DNA of 64,000 nt from an uncultured Vampirovibrio sp. (GTDB lineage Bacteria > Cyanobacteriota > Vampirovibrionia > Gastranaerophilales > Gastranaerophilaceae), in the NCBI GenBank assembly GCA_910577635.1, contig CAJTNR010000004.1, positions 19,538 through 83,537 of the forward strand. Direction: 5' to 3'. The notes beneath the pieces were generated by a model, which did not search any database, had not been told where the DNA came from, and worked only from the letters and a program-made list of their open reading frames with translations. Below are positions 54,877 to 63,406 of the stretch, in pieces. Positions within the stretch are counted from its first letter, which is position 1, and each line of letters opens with the position of its first letter. A program made the position numbers and the translations under genes.

Positions 54877-55017
54877 TTATAATATTTCTTCAAATTCTGC
54901 TTTAGATGCTTGACACACAGGACAAACCCAGGATTCATCCAGGTCATTAAAATCGACATTATTATTTTCCTCAGGTTTATAAATATATCCACAAGCTGTA
55001 CAAATATAGTCTTTCAT
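54877..55017 (-). CDS. rubredoxin
   Basis: A 46-aa ORF absent from the track: MKDYICTACGYIYKPEENNNVDFNDLDESWVCPVCQASKAEFEEIL. The two CxxC knuckles (CTAC, CPVC) and the W-x-CP-x-C context are canonical for rubredoxin. Confidence 0.85.
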   Translation of the reverse strand: MKDYICTACGYIYKPEENNNVDFNDLDESWVCPVCQASKAEFEEIL

Positions 55018-55180
55018 TGTTCCTCCTTTTTTATTTATCTTATTTCAATTTATAAAAAAATATATAAGACAATCGGCTAATTTTATTTACAAAAATTTAC
55101 AAAAAACATAAATTAGTAAATTCGCGAAAACTAAAATACTTTATTAGATTATAGGGGTTTTAATAAGGAGAACACACACT

Positions 55181-56920
55181 ATGTCAAATGTGTCAGGATT
55201 AGGGTTGTCCCCGGAAAAATGGGAAACAATGGTTAGAGAACAGCAGCAGGCAACTATTGCTAAAACTACAGGTCGAAGCATGGCTACAACAAGTTCAACT
55301 TCTTCTTTAAATACCACAGAAGCTCAAGAAGAAGTTCTTAAGGACAAAGATGGAATTCTTGGTTTTTTACATAGTTCCAATACTTGTACCGATGGAAAAG
55401 ACGATGGAAAAATTGGTTTTTTATCCGCTACAGCAAATATAGCCCAAGGTGCAGTTAAAGGTCTTGTAAATGGAATAGTCGGATGTTTTACAAATAAAGA
55501 AGGAAAGTTTTCTTTAGGTAAAACTGTGCTTTCTCTTGCTGCAGCTGGCGTTTGTATAGCTTTTCCTGCCGTAGGGTTCGCTGCTTGCGCAATTGGAGCA
55601 GTATCAGGCGGAGCTAAAGTAATAGGGGGAATTAAAAACGCACTCGGCGCTAAATCAGATGCGCAAGCAAAAGATGCCTTCGAAGCAATAGGGGATGGGG
55701 CTTTCACCACAGCTTCTTCTATAGTCGGAGCCAAGGCAAGTTATAAAGCAATCGGTAAAAGTTCAACAGGCGCTATTGATGATGTTGTTAAAAATGTTAC
55801 CAAAGGAATTGATAAAACAGATGATGGAATAAGAATAACAGGTGAAAGCACTAAAGCAATTAAAGAAGCTCTTAAAAACAGTAATGTAAAAAATAAAAAA
55901 GGTATTGTTGATAAAATAAACAAAGCAGCAAACGAAAAAGGGGCGACAATAGAAAAAGTTACAACCCTTGCAAAAGAAGCTATAACAGATAACTGGAAAG
56001 GCAGTAAAACCGCAATAGGAAACTTAGACAAACTGGATGACAGCGCTACAATAGGTGAAAAAATAAGCCAGGGAGGAAAATTCGCTAAGGCATTAGGGAA
56101 AGATATGATTTCCTCAACCAAAAACAATGGAGCTAAACTGGGAGCAGAACTTAGTGCAATTAAGGATTCTAGAAAAATTACAAAAAACGAAGCAAAAATT
56201 GAGAATAATAATAAAAAACTAAGTCAAAAAGGAGATAAAAAACTAAACAAAGACCAAAAAGCAGCACTTGAAGAACAAAACAAGGCTCTTAGTGAAACAA
56301 ATGCTAAAATAAGCGAAAAGTATCAGAATAATGGAAAAGAAGAGTTATTAAACTCAAAAATTGAAAAACAAAACAACAAAATTGATACAAAAAAAGAACT
56401 GGCTAATAATGTTGAGGAAGCAAAACAGAATAAAAATGACTTAAAAGAAATTCTTAATGAAGCTAAAAAGACGAAGAATAAGACAAAAATTGAAAAAGCT
56501 TCCAAAGCCTACAATGAAGCAAAAACAGAGCTTAAAACCGCTCAAAGAGAACAAATGCTAAATAAAACAGGTCTTAATAAGCTTGTTGATACAGCTAACA
56601 ATAGTAATACCGGTAAGTATATCAAAGAACATATGCCTGAAAAAGCTGCAGCAAAAGCCAAAAAAACAAATGTCAAAGGTTTTTCAAACAAAGTTACAAA
56701 CTTAAAATCAAACCTTGAAACAATGAGGAATAATGTTACTTCTATTGATTATAAAGGATTCTTAGAAGCATTATCAGACGATGGAAAAGCAATTGTAGAT
56801 TTTCTAACAACAACAAACGGATCTTATGCTCAGGCTGTACAAAAATACGGTTATCAAAACGTTCTTGAAGTAATGGAAGTCTATATAGCATACAATACAA
56901 CAGAAAAAACAGCAGCTTAA
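55181..56920 (+). CDS. hypothetical 579-aa protein: Gly/Ala-rich hydrophobic N-terminal region plus Lys-rich coiled-coil
   Basis: GGAGAA SD before ATG 55181. Residues around 110-190 are Gly/Ala-rich and membrane-like (LSLAAAGVCIAFPAVGFAACAIGAVSGGAKVIGG). The remaining part is Lys/Asn/Glu-rich and helical. No family recognised. Confidence 0.65.
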   Translation: MSNVSGLGLSPEKWETMVREQQQATIAKTTGRSMATTSSTSSLNTTEAQEEVLKDKDGILGFLHSSNTCTDGKDDGKIGFLSATANIAQGAVKGLVNGIVGCFTNKEGKFSLGKTVLSLAAAGVCIAFPAVGFAACAIGAVSGGAKVIGGIKNALGAKSDAQAKDAFEAIGDGAFTTASSIVGAKASYKAIGKSSTGAIDDVVKNVTKGIDKTDDGIRITGESTKAIKEALKNSNVKNKKGIVDKINKAANEKGATIEKVTTLAKEAITDNWKGSKTAIGNLDKLDDSATIGEKISQGGKFAKALGKDMISSTKNNGAKLGAELSAIKDSRKITKNEAKIENNNKKLSQKGDKKLNKDQKAALEEQNKALSETNAKISEKYQNNGKEELLNSKIEKQNNKIDTKKELANNVEEAKQNKNDLKEILNEAKKTKNKTKIEKASKAYNEAKTELKTAQREQMLNKTGLNKLVDTANNSNTGKYIKEHMPEKAAAKAKKTNVKGFSNKVTNLKSNLETMRNNVTSIDYKGFLEALSDDGKAIVDFLTTTNGSYAQAVQKYGYQNVLEVMEVYIAYNTTEKTAA

Positions 56921-56941
56921 TATATATTAACAATAAAAAAC

Positions 56942-56975
56942 AAAGACGGGTTAAAAAAATAACTCGTCTTTTGTT
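56942..56975 (+). terminator. intrinsic terminator
   Basis: AAAGACGGGTT / AACTCGTCTTT stem (one G-U pair) with an A-rich loop, followed by TTTGTT. Confidence 0.7.
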
Positions 56976-57013
56976 CTATTGTATTTTATTTATTTAACCT
57001 GTATTATTATTAT

Positions 57014-58342
57014 ATGAGTAATGATTTTAATACAGATGTTATTGTTGTAGGTGCAGGTCCCGCCGGGATTAGCGCTGCAATTGAAGTAGCAAAAAACGGA
57101 AGAAAAGTAGTATTATTGGAAAGAGCTCAGTATCCGGGTTCTAAGAACATGTTCGGAGGAGCTGTTTATCATAAAGCACTGGAAGCGGTTTTTAAGGACA
57201 AAGTCAGCGAACTGCCTTATGAAAGAATAATTAACGAACACACTTATTCTTTTTTAACAGAAGATTCCTCGGTTGATTTAACTTATAAAAACAATTCTTC
57301 AAAAAATGCTTATGCAATAAAAAGATTCAACTTAGAACACTGGATGATTGAACAAGCAAAGCAGCAAGGGGTTTATTATTCACCTAATACTTTAGTTAAA
57401 AAACTAATTCAAAAAAACGATTGCACTGTAGGTGTTGAAACTGAATATGAACAATACTTTGCTCCTATTGTAATTTTAGCTGATGGAGTTAACTCACTCT
57501 TAGCTAAAAAACTGGGTTTAAGAGAAAACTTTAAAAGCAAAGACTTCATTCTCAGCGCTAAAGAAGTAATAAAACTTAACAAAAAAACAATTGAACAAAG
57601 ATTCAATCTCAAAGAAGACTTATCTAACGGAGTTAACAAACAATACTTCGGGTCGGACTTTGGAAGTCTTAAAGGAATAAAGAATCTTTTTATGATGAGC
57701 TATTTATACACCTTTAAAGATTCAATTTCAATAGGAGTAGGGGTTAATCTTGAAGATTTAGCCAAAACCAAACTCAATATTAACGAAGTACTAGATGAAG
57801 TAAAAAAACACCCGAATATTGCTCCTTTAATAGCTGAAGGACAACTGGTTGAATACAGTGCTCACTTAATCCCTGAAGGAGGATTTAAAAATCTTCCCAA
57901 GCTGACTTCTAACGGGGTTTTAATAGCAGGCGATGCAGCAGGATTTGTTAACAGTGTACATTTTGAAGGAACAAACTTTGCTCTAATCTCAGGAAAACTG
58001 GCAGGAGAAACTGCTCTTATAGCACTCGATGACAACGACTTTAGAGAATCCAAACTGGCAGTTTATAAAGACAAACTTGAAGAATCATTCATTTTAAAAG
58101 ACCTTTATTCATATAGAAACGTAATTGATTTACTTCATTATAGAGCAAATTCTCTATCGGTTTATTATCCTAATAAAATTAAAGAATTCTTTGAAATTGT
58201 AACTGGAGTTTCTTGTTGTTCTAAGGCTGTAGAATTTAGACAATTCTTGTTTAATTTTATTAAAAATAGAAGTATAATGGAATTGTTCAAAGATATTGCA
58301 GCATTTTTCAAGTGTGCTGTTGATGTATTGTTAGGAAAATAG
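57014..58342 (+). CDS. fixC: FixC-type FAD-dependent oxidoreductase (ETF-quinone oxidoreductase-like)
   Basis: DVIVVGAGPAGISAA dinucleotide fold, length about 440 aa, and an immediately following FixX-type ferredoxin. Confidence 0.85.
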   Translation: MSNDFNTDVIVVGAGPAGISAAIEVAKNGRKVVLLERAQYPGSKNMFGGAVYHKALEAVFKDKVSELPYERIINEHTYSFLTEDSSVDLTYKNNSSKNAYAIKRFNLEHWMIEQAKQQGVYYSPNTLVKKLIQKNDCTVGVETEYEQYFAPIVILADGVNSLLAKKLGLRENFKSKDFILSAKEVIKLNKKTIEQRFNLKEDLSNGVNKQYFGSDFGSLKGIKNLFMMSYLYTFKDSISIGVGVNLEDLAKTKLNINEVLDEVKKHPNIAPLIAEGQLVEYSAHLIPEGGFKNLPKLTSNGVLIAGDAAGFVNSVHFEGTNFALISGKLAGETALIALDDNDFRESKLAVYKDKLEESFILKDLYSYRNVIDLLHYRANSLSVYYPNKIKEFFEIVTGVSCCSKAVEFRQFLFNFIKNRSIMELFKDIAAFFKCAVDVLLGK

Positions 58343-58345
58343 GTA

Positions 58346-58642
58346 ATGGATAATAAAGACAATAAAAAATCAATACAGGAAAAACTGAACACAATTAAGT
58401 ATAATTGTGCAAATAAAACTCACTTAATCGTTGATGACAAAAAGTGCAAAAAGTGCAAACAAAAAACCTGCAGCTTTATTTGCCCTGCTAATGTTTATGT
58501 GATTGATGATGAAACCAAAGAAACAATTGTGCAGTATGAAAACTGTCTTGAGTGCGGAGCTTGCAGAATTTCCTGCCCTCAAGGAGCGATTGATTGGCGC
58601 TACCCTGAATCAGGACAGGGAGTTGTTTTTAAGAATAGCTAA
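58346..58642 (+). CDS. fixX: FixX-type ferredoxin-like protein
   Basis: 98 aa with CxxCxxxxCxxxCP and CLECGAC clusters. This is the typical partner and size for FixX downstream of FixC. Confidence 0.85.
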   Translation: MDNKDNKKSIQEKLNTIKYNCANKTHLIVDDKKCKKCKQKTCSFICPANVYVIDDETKETIVQYENCLECGACRISCPQGAIDWRYPESGQGVVFKNS

Positions 58643-58659
58643 AAGAACTGAGGAACAAA

Positions 58660-59088
58660 ATGGAGAATCAATATTTTTCAAGATGGTATGATAAAGACCC
58701 TGTTTTATCAATGTCTATGAGAACTTTAGCAAGTTCATCAGATGAAAGGCAAATTTCCGTTGCACTCAATTTAATTAAAGTCATTATCGAGCACAATATC
58801 CAGGATAATCAATATGAAAATGTTGAGGATATAATGTCTGCTGTTGAAGACGGAAGAATTCAAAGGGGGCATCACCGCTGGTATGATATTGACTCAACCA
58901 TAAGAACTGCAATTCAGATGCTGGAAAAATGCCCCCCTGAAACAAAGAAAAAAGTAGCACTCGATATGGCGCAAATTGTAATTGAAAAAATAATTCAGGA
59001 TGATGATAAAATTGAACTCGATAAAGAAGAAAAAAACGAAATTTCTTCTTCTTATGAAGTTGATTTGAATTTAGATGAAAATTCTTAA
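58660..59088 (+). CDS. hypothetical protein
   Basis: 142-aa ORF with GAGGAA SD, co-directional in a tight gene string. No family recognised. Confidence 0.55.
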   Translation: MENQYFSRWYDKDPVLSMSMRTLASSSDERQISVALNLIKVIIEHNIQDNQYENVEDIMSAVEDGRIQRGHHRWYDIDSTIRTAIQMLEKCPPETKKKVALDMAQIVIEKIIQDDDKIELDKEEKNEISSSYEVDLNLDENS

Positions 59089-59093
59089 GTAAA

Positions 59094-60014
59094 ATGGATG
59101 AAGCTGCTAAACTTGAAAACCTCCAGACAACAATAAAACTAAATCCTAAAAACTTTCAAGCAAGAAGGGAGTTGATAATGCTTTGTCTTGATCTGGGGTT
59201 TGAAAAAACTGCACTTTATCACATTGATTACCTGCTTAAAATTTTCCCTGATGATTCTAATTTGTATTACAACAAAGGAATTTGCGCTGAAAAACTAAAA
59301 GATACGACTTGTGCTCTTTTGTCTTATCAAAAAGCAGTTGAGCTCAAAAACGATGATCCCGATTATTTATACAACCTTGCGCTGCTGCAAGAGGAAACAG
59401 GGGATATTGATTCAGCCATGGCGAATTTAAAAAAAGTAATATATTACAAAAACGAAGATGCAAATGCCTTTTTTTCAATTGGGATTCTATACTCCAAAAA
59501 AAACGATTCAACAACTGCGATTAAGTGTTTTAAAAAAGCAATTGAGCTAAACTACAGCGACTACTTTTCCCACTTCTATCTTGCAGGTGAATATAAAAAA
59601 ATTGGTGATTCAACAAATGCTCTTGTTGAATATAAAAAAGTACTGGAGCTTTCTTGCGATTACTCCTGGGCTTATTATAATATAGCTCAAATTTATTTTG
59701 AGCAGGGAAGAATCACCGATTGTATTACAATGCTTAGAAAAACAATTGAAAAAAACCCTGGTGATATTGATGCAATTAAACTTCTAGCACAAATTCTAAT
59801 TAATGAAAACAATAGTGATAAGGCACTTGCTCTGTTAAGTAAAAAAGTGGAAAAATATCCTACTGGAGATTTTTACTACTTAATGGCTAAATGTTTTAGT
59901 TTAATAGAAGATTACCCCTCAGCTAAAAATTGTCTTGAACTTAGTTTAAATAACCCGCAGACCTTAAGTTATAACTATAAAGCTGTTGAGCAGGAATATA
60001 AGGAAATAGGATAA
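59094..60014 (+). CDS. tetratricopeptide (TPR) repeat protein
   Basis: Multiple 34-aa repeats with the TPR pattern (e.g. YYNKGICAEKLKDTTCALLSYQKAVELKNDDPDY, FFSIGILYSKKNDSTTAIKCFKKAIELN). Confidence 0.8.
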   Translation: MDEAAKLENLQTTIKLNPKNFQARRELIMLCLDLGFEKTALYHIDYLLKIFPDDSNLYYNKGICAEKLKDTTCALLSYQKAVELKNDDPDYLYNLALLQEETGDIDSAMANLKKVIYYKNEDANAFFSIGILYSKKNDSTTAIKCFKKAIELNYSDYFSHFYLAGEYKKIGDSTNALVEYKKVLELSCDYSWAYYNIAQIYFEQGRITDCITMLRKTIEKNPGDIDAIKLLAQILINENNSDKALALLSKKVEKYPTGDFYYLMAKCFSLIEDYPSAKNCLELSLNNPQTLSYNYKAVEQEYKEIG

Positions 60015-61120
60015 TGTTACACCAAGAAACTAAAGAAAACTTACAGTATTACTGCGCTTTTAGCTATCTTTCAATTAATCCCTGGTTTAAAACAAGAGTT
60101 TTTCAATTCTTTGACTATGACATTAAAAAAGCTTTTCTGGCTAATGAAAAAGAACTTAAAGAATTAGTTGAAAAAGAAAATATTACAATCCCAAAAGACT
60201 ATTTCTACAAAAAGAATAAACTAAATCCTATTGAGTGTTATAATAAAGCTTTTTTGGATAAAAATGTAAAAATTATTACTTACAATGATAAACAATACCC
60301 TCCTTTGTTGAAACAAATTCCTGATTTTCCTCTATCACTATACTACAAGGGAAATATCGATATTATTAACTATGACCATGCTCTTGCAATAGTTGGGTCA
60401 AGAAAAGCTTCCCAGGAGGCAAAAATTGCTCTTAATAATATCCTATCAGACTTCAAAAACAGCAATTTGTGTGTTGTTTCAGGTCTTGCCTATGGAATTG
60501 ATACACAGGCGCATACAAGTGCTATAGAGAACAATATTAAAACAATAGGAGTTATAGGTTCAGGTCTTGATATAACTTATCCCATTCAGAATAAAAGGCT
60601 TTATCAAAAAATCGAAGAGGATTCAGGAGTAATTTTTAGCGAATACCCCCTTAAAACAAAACCTTTTGCTTATAATTTTCCGCAAAGAAACAGAATTGTT
60701 ACAGGAATGAGCAAAGGAACTCTTGTAGCTGAAGCACAGCTTAAATCAGGTGCAATGATTAGTGCTAACTTGACCCTTGAATACAACAGAGAACTTATGT
60801 GTATCCCTGGAAATATAACCAATCCTAACACAACAGGAATTTACCATTTAATCAAAAACGGAGCTTCAATTGTTTGTAATTCTAAGGATTTGTTAAATTG
60901 TCTTGATTGGGATATTATTGAAAATAACAATAATTTTAAAATTCCTTTAAGTGATATTCAAAAAAAGATTTTTGAATCAGTTGAACTTGAAGCGCAAACA
61001 TTTGATAGTATTGTAATCAAGACAAAAGAAAAAGTTTCTATGGTCATGGTAAGCTTGACAGAACTTGAACTTAAAGGTTTAATTAAACAGGTGGGCAATA
61101 AATATTATAAAATAATATAG
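60014..61120 (+). CDS. dprA: DNA-processing protein DprA (Smf)
   Basis: AIVGSRKAS, VVSGLAYGIDTQAH and FPQRNRIVTG motifs. Conserved position upstream of topA. Confidence 0.9.
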   Translation: MLHQETKENLQYYCAFSYLSINPWFKTRVFQFFDYDIKKAFLANEKELKELVEKENITIPKDYFYKKNKLNPIECYNKAFLDKNVKIITYNDKQYPPLLKQIPDFPLSLYYKGNIDIINYDHALAIVGSRKASQEAKIALNNILSDFKNSNLCVVSGLAYGIDTQAHTSAIENNIKTIGVIGSGLDITYPIQNKRLYQKIEEDSGVIFSEYPLKTKPFAYNFPQRNRIVTGMSKGTLVAEAQLKSGAMISANLTLEYNRELMCIPGNITNPNTTGIYHLIKNGASIVCNSKDLLNCLDWDIIENNNNFKIPLSDIQKKIFESVELEAQTFDSIVIKTKEKVSMVMVSLTELELKGLIKQVGNKYYKII

Positions 61121-61127
61121 GTTAACA

Positions 61128-63401
61128 ATGGCTACAAAAACAACCAAAAACAAAGAAGAAAAAACTCTTGTAATAGTGGAATCTCCGGCAAAATCCAAAA
61201 CAATAGGTAAAATCTTAGGAAAAAACTACATAATCCAAGCATCAATGGGTCATGTAAGAGATTTAGCCTCTAAGGGTTTAGGGTTCGATATTGAAAACAA
61301 CTTTACCCCGACTTTTGAACTTATTCCTGAAAAGAAAAAAGTTATAACAGAGCTTAATAAGATTGCAAAAACTGTTGATAAAGTTTATCTGGCATCTGAC
61401 CCTGATAGAGAAGGAGAAGCAATTGCCTGGCATGTCAGGGAATGTTTAAAATTTCCCCAGGATAAAATTTTTCGAATAGTTTTTAATGAAATTACCCCTA
61501 AAGCAATTAAAGAAGCGGTTGCAAACTACCACCAGATTGATATGCTCAAAGTTGAAGCACAAAAAACAAGACAAATACTTGATAAGCTAGTGGGTTTTAA
61601 AATCAGCCCTATTCTATGGGAAAAAATGAAAAACTACAAACTTTCAGCAGGTCGTGTGCAGTCTGTTGCACTTAAGATGATTTGCGAAAGAGAAGATGAA
61701 ATTGAAGCTTTTAAACCCGTTGAATACTGGACTATTGAAGCGCTTCTTAATAAAGATAAGTCAAATTTTACTGCTCAATTGGCAAAAATTGTCCTCGAAA
61801 ACGGAAAAGAAGAAAAAATTGAACTTCATAATGAAAAAGAGGTTGAAAAAGTCCTTAAAGACTTAAAAAAAGCAAAGTACAAAGTTAGCAAAATTAACTA
61901 TAGAGATACGCAGAGAAAACCCCAGCCTCCTTTTATAACTTCAACACTTCAAAGAGAAGCAAGTTCTAAACTTGGATATGGCGTTGCAAAAACAATGCAG
62001 ATAGCACAAAAACTCTATGAAGGAATTGAACTTCAAGATGGTTCTGTTGGTTTGATTACCTATATGAGAACAGATTCAACAAGAATTTCAGATGATGCTC
62101 AAAGTGCCTGCAAGGATTTCATCTTAGAAAACTTCGGACAAGATTATTACCCTAAAACTCCTAACATTTACACAAAAAAGAAACAAAACACTCAAGATGC
62201 CCACGAAGCAATTCGTCCGTCATACATTGAACGAACGCCTGAGAGTATAAAAAAATATTTAACTTTAGAGCAATACAAGCTCTATAAGCTAATCTGGGAT
62301 AGGTTTACAGCGTCTCAAATGACAAATGCTAAAGTTAAGAATTTAACTATTGATATTGAAGCTAACAATTATATATTCAAAATGGGCTCTTCTAAAATTG
62401 TCTTTGATGGTTTTTCAAGAATCTACAATGATGAAGAAACAATTCTGGGTCAAAAATTCCCGAATCTTGAAGTCGGGGACATTCTAAACCTTGAAAAACT
62501 AAACCCCGAGCAGCACTTCACCCAGCCGCCTTCAAGGTATTCAGAAGCAAGTTTAGTTAAACAATTGGAAGAATACGGGATTGGAAGACCAAGCACCTAT
62601 GCTCCTATTATTACTAAAATTCAGCAGAGAAACTATGTTGAAAAAACAGAATCAAAATCCTTAAAACCAACTCCTTTAGGAAGGGCTATTTGCAAACAAT
62701 TAATTGAACATTTCGTAAAAATCATGGACTATAAATTCACCGCTCAAATGGAATCAAGTCTTGATAATATAGCAGAAGACAAACAAAACAGTATTGAGTT
62801 TTTGAATGATTTCTGGAAGCCTTTTTCAAAAGATTTAGATGAAGCAAAGAAAAACATGAAACGAGAAGATATTGAAACAGATAAGCTCTGTCCTAACTGC
62901 GGAAAGAAAATGGTAGTTAAATTATCAAGGTTTGGAAAACAATTTTTAGCGTGTTCCGGGTATCCTGAATGCAAAACCGCACTTCCAATGGAAGGGGATG
63001 ATAAGATTGAAATTCCTAAGGATGAACCTACTGATAAAAAATGTGAAAAATGTAATTCCGATATGGTTATTAAAACAGGTCCATACGGGAAATATTACCA
63101 GTGTTTAAATGAAAAATGTAAAAAAAGATACTCAATTGTTGAATCCTCAGGGGTTAAGTGCCCAAAATGCCTTGAAGAAGGAAGGGACGGGGAATTAGTT
63201 AAAAGAAAATCCAGATACGGGACTTTCTTTTGGGGATGTTCTAAGTATCCGGATTGCTCTTTTGCACTCTGGGCTGAGCCGATTGAGGAAAAATGTCCTC
63301 AATGCGGGAGTATTCTTGTTAAAAAATACTTAAAACGGGGTAATAAAATTGCCTGTTCTGATAAAAACTGTAAATATTCAAGAGAACTAAAAGAAGAGTA
63401 A
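61128..63401 (+). CDS. topA: DNA topoisomerase I
   Basis: TOPRIM (LVIVESPAKSKTI, DPDREGEAI), the active-site region GLITYMRTDS (catalytic Tyr), and four C-terminal CxxC...CxxC zinc ribbons. Confidence 0.95.
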   Translation: MATKTTKNKEEKTLVIVESPAKSKTIGKILGKNYIIQASMGHVRDLASKGLGFDIENNFTPTFELIPEKKKVITELNKIAKTVDKVYLASDPDREGEAIAWHVRECLKFPQDKIFRIVFNEITPKAIKEAVANYHQIDMLKVEAQKTRQILDKLVGFKISPILWEKMKNYKLSAGRVQSVALKMICEREDEIEAFKPVEYWTIEALLNKDKSNFTAQLAKIVLENGKEEKIELHNEKEVEKVLKDLKKAKYKVSKINYRDTQRKPQPPFITSTLQREASSKLGYGVAKTMQIAQKLYEGIELQDGSVGLITYMRTDSTRISDDAQSACKDFILENFGQDYYPKTPNIYTKKKQNTQDAHEAIRPSYIERTPESIKKYLTLEQYKLYKLIWDRFTASQMTNAKVKNLTIDIEANNYIFKMGSSKIVFDGFSRIYNDEETILGQKFPNLEVGDILNLEKLNPEQHFTQPPSRYSEASLVKQLEEYGIGRPSTYAPIITKIQQRNYVEKTESKSLKPTPLGRAICKQLIEHFVKIMDYKFTAQMESSLDNIAEDKQNSIEFLNDFWKPFSKDLDEAKKNMKREDIETDKLCPNCGKKMVVKLSRFGKQFLACSGYPECKTALPMEGDDKIEIPKDEPTDKKCEKCNSDMVIKTGPYGKYYQCLNEKCKKRYSIVESSGVKCPKCLEEGRDGELVKRKSRYGTFFWGCSKYPDCSFALWAEPIEEKCPQCGSILVKKYLKRGNKIACSDKNCKYSRELKEE

Positions 63402-63406
63402 AAACT

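Noticed and set aside
55324-56127. Two long minus-strand ORFs (136 and 128 aa) inside the 579-aa gene
   Set aside because: They are antisense shadows produced by the strongly biased codon composition of the forward gene (GCN, AAR and GGN runs). The forward ORF is far longer and has an SD.
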